Positions 9,071 to 17,946 are shown, counted from the first letter of the stretch. The stretch is 64,000 nt of DNA from Candidatus Roizmanbacteria bacterium (GCA_024654535.1 JANLHL010000016.1:96626-160625), one strand, 5' to 3'. Notes: generated from the letters alone by a model not told the origin. Numbers and translations: made by a program.

Positions 9071-10123
9071 ATGAACCAGGACTTTTTATCTACGGACTAC
9101 GAACTTTCAGAAGATCGCATTGCGAATGCACCAGCTCATAAACGAGGTAGTGATCGGTTGTTTATATACGATACTGTTTCGGATACAATCCAACATGATA
9201 TATTTTCAAATATTCATGCCTATCTTCCAAAAAATACGTTGTGTGTATTAAATAAATCTTCAGTTGTCCCAGCGAGAATACGGCTCAACAAAAGCAGTGG
9301 TGGCTCAGTAGAGGTCTTATTTTTGTTAAATGAAGACATGCCAGCGAATTTACTTCGAATAATGGTCGACCGCAAAGTGACAGAAGGCATAACGTTAACG
9401 ACAAGTAAAAATATAGTAATAGGGCACGTGAAAGAACACAGTGAAAAGAGTATTTTTACACTTCAATTAACGATGTCACGTTCGAAACTTATGCAACTAT
9501 TGCTGCACGAAGGCACTGCTCCCTTACCAAAATATATCAAACATTCACCCCTCAGTATGGATGAGCGAATACGTAGATATCAAACAGTATATGCCCAAAA
9601 AAACAACCAGCTTGGTTCTATTGCAGCCCCTACAGCCGGGCTGCATTTTACAAAGAAAATAATTGAAGATCTAATACGGTACGGTACAGATATACAATAT
9701 GTGACGCTTCACGTAGGTCTTGGAACATTTGCTCCACTTACTCAAGAGCAAATGGAGACTAGAAAACTTCATGAAGAATTGTACAGTATTTCACAGAACA
9801 CTCTCGACGCATTGGAGGGTGCAAAGACACAACGCAAACCTATATTGGCGGTTGGAACCACTACAGTACGCACGCTGGAGTCGTATGCCAGTACACATGT
9901 TTCTACTGGTTCTACAGATATATTTATTTATCCTCCCTATTCTTTTTATTATCCAACGATGCTGTTAACTAATTTTCATTTGCCACATACATCACTTATG
10001 CTGTTAGTTCAAGCTTACTTGCAATATAAAAAGTCAAAAAGAAATTTGGTACAGTTGTACAGAGAAGCAATAAAGGGTACGTATATGTTTTATTCGTTTG
10101 GTGACTCTATGCTCATACTATGA
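9071..10123 (+). CDS. queA: S-adenosylmethionine:tRNA ribosyltransferase-isomerase
   Basis: N-terminal 'DYELSEDRIANAPAHKRGSDRL', plus 'GTTTVRTLES' and 'FYSFGDSMLI' as in QueA. ATGA overlap with tgt. Confidence 0.9.
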   Translation: MNQDFLSTDYELSEDRIANAPAHKRGSDRLFIYDTVSDTIQHDIFSNIHAYLPKNTLCVLNKSSVVPARIRLNKSSGGSVEVLFLLNEDMPANLLRIMVDRKVTEGITLTTSKNIVIGHVKEHSEKSIFTLQLTMSRSKLMQLLLHEGTAPLPKYIKHSPLSMDERIRRYQTVYAQKNNQLGSIAAPTAGLHFTKKIIEDLIRYGTDIQYVTLHVGLGTFAPLTQEQMETRKLHEELYSISQNTLDALEGAKTQRKPILAVGTTTVRTLESYASTHVSTGSTDIFIYPPYSFYYPTMLLTNFHLPHTSLMLLVQAYLQYKKSKRNLVQLYREAIKGTYMFYSFGDSMLIL

Positions 10124-11256
10124 AAAAATTTGTATTCGAAGTCTTACTAAAAAGCAAAAAGGGAAGGAGAGGCAAAATTACGACAGCTCACGGTACTATT
10201 GAAACACCCGCATTCGTTCCGGTAGCTACTAAAGGAACACTTAAAGGCCTTACTCCGCAACAGGCTGCAGAAATTCCAATACAATTAAGTTTTGTTAATT
10301 CATATCACCTTGCGCTATCTCCTGGAATGGCAACTGTCGAAAAACTTGGAGGAGTTCATGCTATGAGTGGGCTGACATATCCGCTTATGTGCGATTCTGG
10401 TGGATTTCAAATTTTCTCACTAGGGAGAGCCGATAGCAAGCAGAAAGCGCGAGTACGCGGAGAAGAGGAGCCGTTTATCGTAAAAAAAACAGATGAAGAG
10501 GTAATCTTCCGATCACCGTACAATGGAGAAACAATTACGTTTAATCCAAAAACATCTATTGCATTCCAGCGTATCATAGGTGCAGACATTTTCATGGCAT
10601 TTGATGAGTGCATCTACGCATACGCGCCGCACAAGTACGCACACGAGGCCACAAAGCGTACGCACCGATGGCTTACTCAGTGTATTAGTGAGCATAAAAA
10701 AGACAACCCCAGAAACCAAGCACTGTACGGAGTGATCCAAGGTGGTATGCACGAAGATCTTCGTATCGCATCCGCACAATTTGTCGCTGAGCAAAACGTT
10801 CAAGGAGTCGCTATAGGAGGGGTAAGCGTGGGTGAAACTAAAAAGGAAATGCGTGAGCAAATAGGCTACGTTGCTCCATATTTGCCGAGCGACAAGCCAG
10901 TTCATTTGCTTGGAGTAGGACAGATCGATGATATAGTCGACTTGGTACAGTGGGGGATTGATACATTCGATTGTGTAGAGCCGACACGCTTAGCCCGAAC
11001 GGGAGTACTGTATAGTACACAAGCCGTGTTCAAAAGAAGTGATTCATACACGTTTGATATAGTGAAAAACAAGTATGCTGCTGACACTTCTACGGTAGAT
11101 AAATTGTGTTCATGCTATACCTGCTCACACTTTTCAAAAGCATACATACACCACTTATTTAAACAAAGAGAGCTCTTAGGCTATACGCTGGCAACGATTC
11201 ATAATTTGTCGGTTATGGAAGCACTCATGAAGAAGATACGCTCAGAATTGCAATAA
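10120..11256 (+). CDS. tgt: queuine/preQ1 tRNA-ribosyltransferase (tRNA-guanine transglycosylase)
   Basis: 'GRRGKITTAHGTIETPAFVPVATKGTLKGL', 'DSGGFQ', and the zinc-site 'CSCYTCSHFSKAYIHHL'. Confidence 0.9.
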   Translation: MKKFVFEVLLKSKKGRRGKITTAHGTIETPAFVPVATKGTLKGLTPQQAAEIPIQLSFVNSYHLALSPGMATVEKLGGVHAMSGLTYPLMCDSGGFQIFSLGRADSKQKARVRGEEEPFIVKKTDEEVIFRSPYNGETITFNPKTSIAFQRIIGADIFMAFDECIYAYAPHKYAHEATKRTHRWLTQCISEHKKDNPRNQALYGVIQGGMHEDLRIASAQFVAEQNVQGVAIGGVSVGETKKEMREQIGYVAPYLPSDKPVHLLGVGQIDDIVDLVQWGIDTFDCVEPTRLARTGVLYSTQAVFKRSDSYTFDIVKNKYAADTSTVDKLCSCYTCSHFSKAYIHHLFKQRELLGYTLATIHNLSVMEALMKKIRSELQ

Positions 11257-11276
11257 TGACTTTCATAAAAGCCTAT

Positions 11277-11289
11277 AGTATGATATACT
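11277..11289 (+). promoter_or_regulatory. promoter core AGTATGATATACT (extended -10) of paralog A
   Basis: The identical 13-mer recurs at 12716-12728 (+) and 48192-48180 (-). It lies 9 nt upstream of ATG 11299. Confidence 0.45.
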
Positions 11290-11298
11290 TCTACCTCA

Positions 11299-12108
11299 AT
11301 GACCAGCTATACTATATTTAATGAAGGTCCACACCCAAGTTTGAAACATACTGCAGATATTGGGACTCAAGCAGTTATTAGTAATGAGTTTGAAATAATT
11401 CATGCGAAACCTATGCGCGATCCAATTGTCTCTCATTATATTGAATTTATGGGTAATAGACCTGCTCAAATAAACATGTACGGACCGCAATATGTGAAGC
11501 TTAGTTTTTTAGAAGTGGATAATTTAGGGGCAAAAAGTATAGTGAGCCCTTCGCTTGCAATGACCCCTAGCGTAGACACATCTTTACTTCGTAGACCTTC
11601 AAAAGAAGAGAGAGGTGCAGTTACCGAGCTTGTACTTGCCTGTATGCAGGATGGTCCTGTATGCAAAATTGAGATAGATCCAACAGACGAATATGCTGAT
11701 GATTATCGACTATCTTTAGGATACGAAGGTGCCGACAATTCCATACGTCAAATATTTGGAATGCGAAGTAACCCTTCATCTCTAGAGATTAATTCCGCTA
11801 TTATGGGAACTTCTCCAACAGATTTAAGGTCTAAGCAACTACAAGGAAGCGAAATTCCGTATAGATGTTACAATCTTGAAGGAGAAATTGTATTTGAATA
11901 TCTTTGCAGACAACTTAGAGATCGAGAGAAAGGTTTCTACTATGATGCATTTTACGGTGTACACATAGCTCATGGTGCACTTCCAAACATTTTTGGAGGT
12001 TTACCAGATATAGCAAGAAGAATACTAGATGGAACACTACCGAGAAGGTTTGATGCAATTTCAGAACTTCTTGCAAGGCCGTATATACGTATTCAAGTAA
12101 ATTATTAG
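11299..12108 (+). CDS. hypothetical protein, orphan family, paralog A (269 aa)
   Basis: Collinear motifs are shared with ORF 12736-13512: YTI(F/Y)xEGPHP, HxIEF, MTPxVDxSLL, LQG(S/D)E(I/V)P(Y/F)RCY, (F/I)YGV, PYIRIQ. No signal peptide or TM segment. Confidence 0.6.
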   Translation: MTSYTIFNEGPHPSLKHTADIGTQAVISNEFEIIHAKPMRDPIVSHYIEFMGNRPAQINMYGPQYVKLSFLEVDNLGAKSIVSPSLAMTPSVDTSLLRRPSKEERGAVTELVLACMQDGPVCKIEIDPTDEYADDYRLSLGYEGADNSIRQIFGMRSNPSSLEINSAIMGTSPTDLRSKQLQGSEIPYRCYNLEGEIVFEYLCRQLRDREKGFYYDAFYGVHIAHGALPNIFGGLPDIARRILDGTLPRRFDAISELLARPYIRIQVNY

Positions 12109-12205
12109 GAAGCAAGTAAAATCAATCTATTTTAGATTGAGGTCATTAGATAAAAATAGTTTATGCCACTATTCACTTCATTACTAAGGTAAGGTTATTG
12201 CTCAA

Positions 12206-12583
12206 TTATTCGTTAATAGGGCTAGCGTGGGAAATATCTACTTTTCTGTCAACAAATTGATAGATTTGTTTAGGGCCTCCATCTACTTTATACCACATGG
12301 CAGTTGGTAATTGGTTTCTAATTATTGGACTGGTAAGTATTCGATCTATATCATCGTCTGTACTATTACGAAAAGCCACAGCAAATCCGAGAGAAGCGAG
12401 TGATACGATGGCACACCCAGCGGCAAGAAGTGGGTCTCTATGTAGAAATTCTGCATAAGCGGTAATTCCACTCAAACCACTGACGAGAAGCGCTAATCTT
12501 TTTACGTGCACGCTTGGAATATCCTGTGTATCTTCAAAATCGGGTGTCATTTTTTTTGCTGATCTTCTACTATCTAGGTCCAT
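12206..12583 (-). CDS. hypothetical small membrane protein (two central hydrophobic helices)
   Basis: 125-aa ORF lying between the two paralogs on the opposite strand. TGTTATACT lies 22 nt upstream on the minus strand. Confidence 0.45.
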   Translation of the reverse strand: MDLDSRRSAKKMTPDFEDTQDIPSVHVKRLALLVSGLSGITAYAEFLHRDPLLAAGCAIVSLASLGFAVAFRNSTDDDIDRILTSPIIRNQLPTAMWYKVDGGPKQIYQFVDRKVDISHASPINE

Positions 12584-12715
12584 TTTGTTAAATAACTTAT
12601 CCTATAGTATAACAGACTCCATATATGCTGTCAACAATTGCATATATGCGCTTATCAATTTAAAAATAAGGGTTTATATGTAGATAATAATTGATGTATT
12701 AAGTATATATAGCGA

Positions 12716-12728
12716 AGTATGATATACT
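12716..12728 (+). promoter_or_regulatory. promoter core AGTATGATATACT of paralog B
   Basis: Identical to 11277-11289. It lies 7 nt upstream of GTG 12736. Confidence 0.45.
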
Positions 12729-12735
12729 ATAGGTT

Positions 12736-13512
12736 GTGATATATACAATATATAAAGAAGGACCACACCCACAATGGCAAACTACGTTTAGTTCTGAACA
12801 AGCGACTAACCTAAGTGAACCTACTATAGTTCGACCTGGTGAAACAATGGGAAATAGAGTGACTGCGCATCATATAGAATTTGGAGAGATAACAAAACCT
12901 CCAAATTTTAGCGCACTAACTGGTACTGTCATACTTGATATATCTGAAAAACCACGTAATGGCTCAAAAAACAGTACTATTGCTGATGTAAGATTAGTAA
13001 TGACTCCAAAAGTGGACTTGTCGCTTCTTAAGTATCTTCCCAAGGATGAACTTAATGTGCCACTAGATTTATTAAGAGTACTAATACGTCAATTTCTGGT
13101 GTGTACAGTAAGTGACGATCAGCTGGTACTTATGGCAAACATGAATGGACAGCCATATCCTCTATTCGGCATTAACAGTAACGGGATAAGCGTTAACACA
13201 GGGATACTTGGCCGTCATGAGTTAGATTTGCACACAAACCAGCTGCAAGGCGACGAAGTTCCATTTCGGTGTTATACAAATGGATCCTCAACAGTGTTTG
13301 AAGCTATATATGCACAGACAGGACCTTCTGATATTCCTCGAGAATACGAAGCTATTTATGGTGTTACAGTGCAGGGTACTTCAATTACAGAGGTAAATGC
13401 TAATTTACGAGCTGCTGCTGAAGGAGTATTGCGGGGGACTGCTCCTAGAGATTATGGAGCGTTTACAAATAGGGTAGCACAGCCATACATCCGTATACAA
13501 GAATCAGATTAA
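12736..13512 (+). CDS. hypothetical protein, orphan family, paralog B (258 aa, GTG start)
   Basis: Homologous to 11299-12108 through the shared motifs listed there. The GTG start aligns the N-termini (M-IYTIYKEGPHP vs MTSYTIFNEGPHP). Confidence 0.6.
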   Translation: MIYTIYKEGPHPQWQTTFSSEQATNLSEPTIVRPGETMGNRVTAHHIEFGEITKPPNFSALTGTVILDISEKPRNGSKNSTIADVRLVMTPKVDLSLLKYLPKDELNVPLDLLRVLIRQFLVCTVSDDQLVLMANMNGQPYPLFGINSNGISVNTGILGRHELDLHTNQLQGDEVPFRCYTNGSSTVFEAIYAQTGPSDIPREYEAIYGVTVQGTSITEVNANLRAAAEGVLRGTAPRDYGAFTNRVAQPYIRIQESD

Positions 13513-13515
13513 AGT

Positions 13516-13562
13516 ATAAGCTACAAATTCATACGTCATATTTGTATGTGAAAGCTTATTTT
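13516..13562 (+). terminator. putative intrinsic terminator after paralog B
   Basis: Outer stem ATAAGCT(13516-13522)/AGCTTAT(13553-13559) with inner ACAAAT/ATTTGT pairing, followed by a T-run. Confidence 0.4.
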
Positions 13563-13628
13563 GCGTGGTAAAATAGAGAGTAGCTTGATTGAAGTAACTA
13601 CTTAATTTGGGGGATCGTCTAATGGTAG
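13561..13628 (+). repeat. left copy of perfect 68-bp direct repeat (GIY-YIG ORF 3' tail + 2 nt + tRNA-Gln nt 1-21)
   Basis: Identical by eye to 13894-13961, offset exactly 333 bp. This copy is a dead fragment with no ORF body upstream and no tRNA body downstream. Confidence 0.85.
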
Positions 13629-13671
13629 TTGCCTCATCGGCAACCTGCCGAAGAGGCAGGGACAGAGGCCT

Positions 13672-13938
13672 ATGTATTATACATACGTACTTATAAGCAC
13701 GAAGAACAAGAGATTATATGTTGGCTCAACAGATAATCTAAAGAGGAGAATTAAAGAACACAATGATGGTATTGGTGGAGTTTATACTCGCATAAACAGA
13801 CCATTTACACTACTGTTCTACGAAGCATATATTTCACAATTGGACGCAAAGAAACAGGAAAAGTTTTATAAAACTGGCTATGGTAGAGAAGTATTGCGTG
13901 GTAAAATAGAGAGTAGCTTGATTGAAGTAACTACTTAA
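13672..13938 (+). CDS. GIY-YIG nuclease superfamily protein (small UPF0213/YhbQ-like type)
   Basis: 'YYTYVLISTKNKRLYVGSTDNLKRRIKEHN' matches GIY...YVG...R...H of the GIY-YIG fold. 88 aa. Confidence 0.8.
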   Translation: MYYTYVLISTKNKRLYVGSTDNLKRRIKEHNDGIGGVYTRINRPFTLLFYEAYISQLDAKKQEKFYKTGYGREVLRGKIESSLIEVTT

Positions 13939-13940
13939 TT

Positions 13941-13961
<21 letters not shown>
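13894..13961 (+). repeat. right copy of perfect 68-bp direct repeat
   Basis: Covers the last 45 nt of the GIY-YIG ORF, 2 nt, and the first 21 nt of the functional tRNA-Gln. Confidence 0.85.
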
Positions 13962-14019
<58 letters not shown>

Positions 14020-14145
14020 CTCTAGCCTATTGCAAGACTCTATTTGTATTACTACCCTTGAGAATTAAACAGTTCTGTATAAAATACATGTTTCTTCATT
14101 AAGATTATATTATCTAAATAACTATTTATAGTATTATTAAGACTT

Positions 14146-14679
14146 ATGGAGAGTATATTTTCATTCTTAGGAAAAAGAGGAAGTAGTGATGCAACAAAAG
14201 TATATACACCTAGGGATGTTGAACGAATAAGAAGTAGGAATGAAAACCTTATTGTTCTTCAAAATAATATAGTCTCTATAAATTTTGCTGAAACACAATC
14301 GTTCACAGACCCTAGTCAAGCATCAATGTGCTTAGTAGTTCTCGCAAGTAACGGAATACACGGAGCACTTTGTCACTTACAAACTGATGTTGATGTAGAA
14401 AAAATTGGTGACGGTTTATCCAAACTATTTCCTCAGGTAGGTGTTCCAATCTGTTTAGCTGGTGGTGAAACTGATACAAGCGATAATCTACTCGCAAATA
14501 CAACAGCAGCACTTAAAAAAAGAGGATTTCTGGTGTCGACTGATCCAGAACATGCTGACATTCTAGGAAAATTGATTTACAGACAAAGTACTTTGTATAG
14601 TAATAAAGTTATGGTTCGTAATATGCCATATATTGGCCAAGCATCCGTAAGAACTCTCACTTTTCCAAGTCCAAAGTAA
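14146..14679 (+). CDS. hypothetical protein, 177 aa (weak CheD-like deamidase pattern)
   Basis: 'SMCLVVLASNGIHGALCHLQT' and 'ICLAGGE...LKKRGFLV' loosely resemble the Cys/His core and GGA motif layout of CheD. Speculative. Confidence 0.45.
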   Translation: MESIFSFLGKRGSSDATKVYTPRDVERIRSRNENLIVLQNNIVSINFAETQSFTDPSQASMCLVVLASNGIHGALCHLQTDVDVEKIGDGLSKLFPQVGVPICLAGGETDTSDNLLANTTAALKKRGFLVSTDPEHADILGKLIYRQSTLYSNKVMVRNMPYIGQASVRTLTFPSPK

Positions 14680-14707
14680 GTTAATATTCTCTTACTTGAG
14701 AGTAAAG

Positions 14708-14770
14708 GATTCTAACTTCTTCTACTTTCTGCAGCCAGCTCTTTCTAGCCTATTATAAGGCTCTATGTGT
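14708..14770 (+). repeat. decayed copy (site B) of tRNA-Gln 3' end plus downstream flank
   Basis: GCCAGCT...TCTAGCCTATT..AAG.CTCTAT.TGT matches 14011-14047 at about 30/37 by eye. Its left half matches 18498-18527 at about 25/30. Confidence 0.6.
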
Positions 14771-14819
14771 TTACCCAAAAGCATATAATATTTATGATGT
14801 ATGTGATAAACTCGATTTT

Positions 14820-15584
14820 GTGAATAGATATAATCAAACACTCAAGATTGCCACTAGTCAATTTCAAGTTTCAGAAGATATAGCTAGTAACACTAAGTAT
14901 ATTAAAAAACATATTGCACAGGCTTCTCGTCTACACGCTGATGTTATTCATTTTCCAGAAATGTCTTTATCAGGGTATAACACCACAATAGAAGATATAG
15001 ATTGGGGATTACTCAATAGATCGCTTGACGAAGTTAGATTACTCGCAAAAAAATATAACATGTATGTCGTGTTAGGATTACACCACATAAGTGATCAACC
15101 TGGAAAAGCTTTCGATACTACACTGTTACTATCCAACAAAGGCCAAACAGTAGGAAAATATAGTAAACAAAAATTGTATGGATCAGAGAAAAATAGATTT
15201 ATACCAGAGAAAAACTTCTTAACGTACAAAATTAAAGGAGTTAAATGCGGTTTCTTAATTAGTTATGATTCATGCTTTCCTGAACTATTTCTTGTCTACA
15301 AAAAACAAGGTATAAAACTGCTTTTCCTCTCGTATTATAATGCCAACAGTGCGAAGCCTAGAAACTCTATGGATGCGTTAATGAAAGCGCAATTTATTAC
15401 ACGAGCCACAGATAGTCAGATGTATATATCAGGGAGCAATTCATCTTCTAAGTATTCAAGAATGCCATCGTCATTTGTAAGACCAGATGGCAGACTAACC
15501 ACTCTTAAAAGACATACGCCGGGAATTTTGCTATCTGATTATCCTGGAAGTAAACTTGGCTGGATCTACGACAATGGGGAGTAG
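14820..15584 (+). CDS. carbon-nitrogen hydrolase (nitrilase superfamily) protein, GTG start
   Basis: 'VIHFPEMSLSGY' (Glu), 'KYSKQKLYG' (Lys) and 'GFLISYDSCFPE' (Cys) lie in the order of the CN-hydrolase E-K-C triad. Confidence 0.8.
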   Translation: MNRYNQTLKIATSQFQVSEDIASNTKYIKKHIAQASRLHADVIHFPEMSLSGYNTTIEDIDWGLLNRSLDEVRLLAKKYNMYVVLGLHHISDQPGKAFDTTLLLSNKGQTVGKYSKQKLYGSEKNRFIPEKNFLTYKIKGVKCGFLISYDSCFPELFLVYKKQGIKLLFLSYYNANSAKPRNSMDALMKAQFITRATDSQMYISGSNSSSKYSRMPSSFVRPDGRLTTLKRHTPGILLSDYPGSKLGWIYDNGE

Positions 15585-15597
15585 GTTGCGAACATAC

Positions 15598-16116
15598 TTA
15601 AAGGTCTATGGTGTATCTTACTTCGTGTAACTCAAATCCTTCTCTTGGTTCTATTTTTGTTTTTCCCTCTGCTCTCCATCCCCTTGATTCATACCACGAT
15701 CTTGTTTGTAGGTTAGTACCAAGCACCCAGAGTGTGGCTTTTGTGTATCCTTCAACTCTCAACTTCTCTAGGAAGAAATTAATCATTTTTGTCCCTACTC
15801 CTTTACCTTGCCAATGAGGATGAACATATATCCCACCCAATTCTCCAACATCAGATTCAACATCCGTATCTCTATTTTTTCCTCCCTGAATCCAACCTAC
15901 TAGTATTCCGTCACTTTCTGCTACAAATATATGCGTATCTAACTTCGGTTTCCTAAGCATTTCTTCCCAAACTTTGGCTCTTTCATCTATAGACATAGAA
16001 TTTAAATAGGCATCTGGTACTTGACATTTATAGGCTTTTTGCCACATTTTTACATGAACAGTGGCAATTCCCAAGGCATCCTTAACCTCTGCATTTCTAA
16101 TCAGTATTTTTGTCAT
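15598..16116 (-). CDS. GNAT family N-acetyltransferase
   Basis: 'HPHWQGKGVGTKMINFFLE' is the acetyl-CoA binding Q/RxxGxG/A motif. TGATATAAT lies 6 nt upstream on the minus strand (16131-16123). Confidence 0.85.
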   Translation of the reverse strand: MTKILIRNAEVKDALGIATVHVKMWQKAYKCQVPDAYLNSMSIDERAKVWEEMLRKPKLDTHIFVAESDGILVGWIQGGKNRDTDVESDVGELGGIYVHPHWQGKGVGTKMINFFLEKLRVEGYTKATLWVLGTNLQTRSWYESRGWRAEGKTKIEPREGFELHEVRYTIDL

Positions 16117-16405
16117 AGTTTAATTATATCAGTAGGGTACTTATCTTTACTCAAGATATAGTTAGCCTAAATAATATGATTTAACAAATTAGTTCTAATG
16201 TACTCTAGAAGTCCCAACACCTCTTCCGCTAAGCCGTAAGACATGGCGAATTATTTTCTCAACTAAAATAACTACTCACGGTCACGTACGCAATTACTAT
16301 ACTTAAATTTTGAAAAGTGCTATACTGTATACAGTAGAACAAATAAGACATGTTCAACTCCTCAACTCTGTAGCGAATTATTAAAGTCTGATTTAAAAAA
16401 AGATT

Positions 16406-17638
16406 ATGAATACACAACTAAACAAAACCAAAAAATATGATACGGCAAGTAAACGTTATGAAATAAGTTCCTATATTTCTTCGGTAGATACTGTTACAAA
16501 ATGCAATGCTAACGACACTCTGGGATCTGCTTTACCTTTAGTAAAGTCAAGTCATTCACCCTTATTTGTTTTTGATACGGAAAATGAATTTCTCGGTATT
16601 ATTTCTCCTTACCAAGCACTCTATACACATAAGCAACCATATACAACAAAAGTTTCCTCTATTGCATCTAAGCCCCCATATATGACAAAAGAAACACAAT
16701 TGTATGAAGTTGCTTCATTCATGCTCGAAAATAGAGTCTATGTTCTCCCGTTATTTGATGAAAGCAAACAAATTGTGGGGGTTATTCATGCTAAGGATGT
16801 ATTTCAAAATCTCATTAAAGATGAGGATTTGTTAACGCTCATCAGTTCTACTATAAAAGTACACGAACCAGTAACTGCCAGTAATAATTCTTCTGTCGGA
16901 GATATTTTCCAAATTATGCGGGATAAGAATGTTTCACGAGTTGTATTGATTGATGATAACGGCCTACTATCTGGTATCGTTTCACGAAAAGATTTGCATA
17001 GAACCTTTATGAAACCTACCGAAAAGCTGCGATTTGGAAAAAATAGTAATCCAAAAACAGATCGTGCTTTTGATAAAGAAAAGGAATATAGAAAAGATGA
17101 TCCAGTTAAAAAATATGCAACGGAGAATGTCTACACATTGCCCTATAAGACCGTGCAAAAGAAGATGCTCAAGCAGCTTGTAACATCAGAACACAATAGC
17201 GTTATTTTTATTGATAAATATAAGAAACCGGTTGGAGTTTTATCAATGCGCGATATTTTAACTGGACTTGCATCATTGCGTCCTATGAAGACAATAAATC
17301 TACTTATGACAAATCCAACGAGTAATGTTTCTGAAGAAGATATAAAAAAAGCAAAAGAACAACTAATCAGGTTTAGTCAGAAGATGTACAGTAGAATCGC
17401 AATTGATAAAATTGAAGTAACTTTCGAAGAACCAAAAACACCCAGTGGAGGTAGCATTCTGTTCATAACTACACTTGTCATAAGCCCGTTTGCTGGAGTT
17501 AAAATAGTTTCAAAAACGAAAAGTAGATCATTTTTAGACTCGATTCGTTCTGCCATAGATCAAATAGAGAAACAAGAAAGACGAAGTGGTAAATCAAAAG
17601 CGAATTCAAAACACTTAAAAAATAAAACTAATCAGTAG
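16406..17638 (+). CDS. four-CBS-domain protein with C-terminal HPF/YfiA (ribosomal S30AE)-like domain
   Basis: Four CBS-like repeats are marked by 'FLGIISPYQAL', 'IVGVIHAKDVFQNL', 'LSGIVSRKDLHRTF' and 'PVGVLSMRDILTGL'. The last ~105 aa follow the HPF beta-alpha-beta-beta-beta-alpha pattern and end in 'SFLDSIRSAIDQIEKQERRSGKSK' (compare the D.Y.AID...DKL.RQL.K.K helix). Confidence 0.7.
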   Translation: MNTQLNKTKKYDTASKRYEISSYISSVDTVTKCNANDTLGSALPLVKSSHSPLFVFDTENEFLGIISPYQALYTHKQPYTTKVSSIASKPPYMTKETQLYEVASFMLENRVYVLPLFDESKQIVGVIHAKDVFQNLIKDEDLLTLISSTIKVHEPVTASNNSSVGDIFQIMRDKNVSRVVLIDDNGLLSGIVSRKDLHRTFMKPTEKLRFGKNSNPKTDRAFDKEKEYRKDDPVKKYATENVYTLPYKTVQKKMLKQLVTSEHNSVIFIDKYKKPVGVLSMRDILTGLASLRPMKTINLLMTNPTSNVSEEDIKKAKEQLIRFSQKMYSRIAIDKIEVTFEEPKTPSGGSILFITTLVISPFAGVKIVSKTKSRSFLDSIRSAIDQIEKQERRSGKSKANSKHLKNKTNQ

Positions 17639-17660
17639 GTCCTCAATAAAGATAAATCAT

Positions 17661-17712
17661 AGTTCCAATGTTTTCCAGTAGTTACAGCCAGCTAAATCCA
17701 ACCTATTGTATG
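17661..17712 (+). repeat. decayed copy (site D) of the tRNA-Gln 3'-end-like repeat
   Basis: 'AGTTCCAATGTTTTCCAGTAGTTACAGCCAGCTAAATCCAACCTATTGTATGG' shares CAGCCAGCT-N8-CCTATT with sites A and B. Its left half is about 60% identical to B by eye. Confidence 0.45.
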
Positions 17713-17833
17713 GTTTTATATTGTTGTCTAAAACTTTTTTTATATGAGACTGTTTCTTCATTTGGAAGCGAGTAGTTAAGCAACTATTGCCAAATATACT
17801 TACTATGTATATAGTTAAGCTGAAGAATTTAAA

Positions 17834-17911
17834 ATGACAATAAAAACAAGAAAATTTCAAGAATCAGACCTAATACAGATTAAAAATATTTCTAATGAAA
17901 AATCTATTTAA
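17834..17911 (+). pseudogene. 25-codon stub resembling a GNAT N-terminus
   Basis: 'MTIKTRKFQESDLIQIKNISNEKSI*' parallels 'IIFRKYQNKDKEQVKKVV' of the intact GNAT 36 nt downstream. It may be a remnant of a disrupted paralog. Confidence 0.25.
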
Positions 17912-17946
17912 GTATAACTTGGATTATTTTTCGATACTGTATAAAT

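Noticed and set aside
16190-16250. Fifth copy of the tRNA-Gln 3'-end-like repeat, or a tRNA remnant (AGTTCTAATGTACTCTAGAAGTCCCAACACC...)
   Set aside because: Only the first ~21 nt resemble site D (about 16/21). The remainder does not align convincingly, so it is too degenerate to call.
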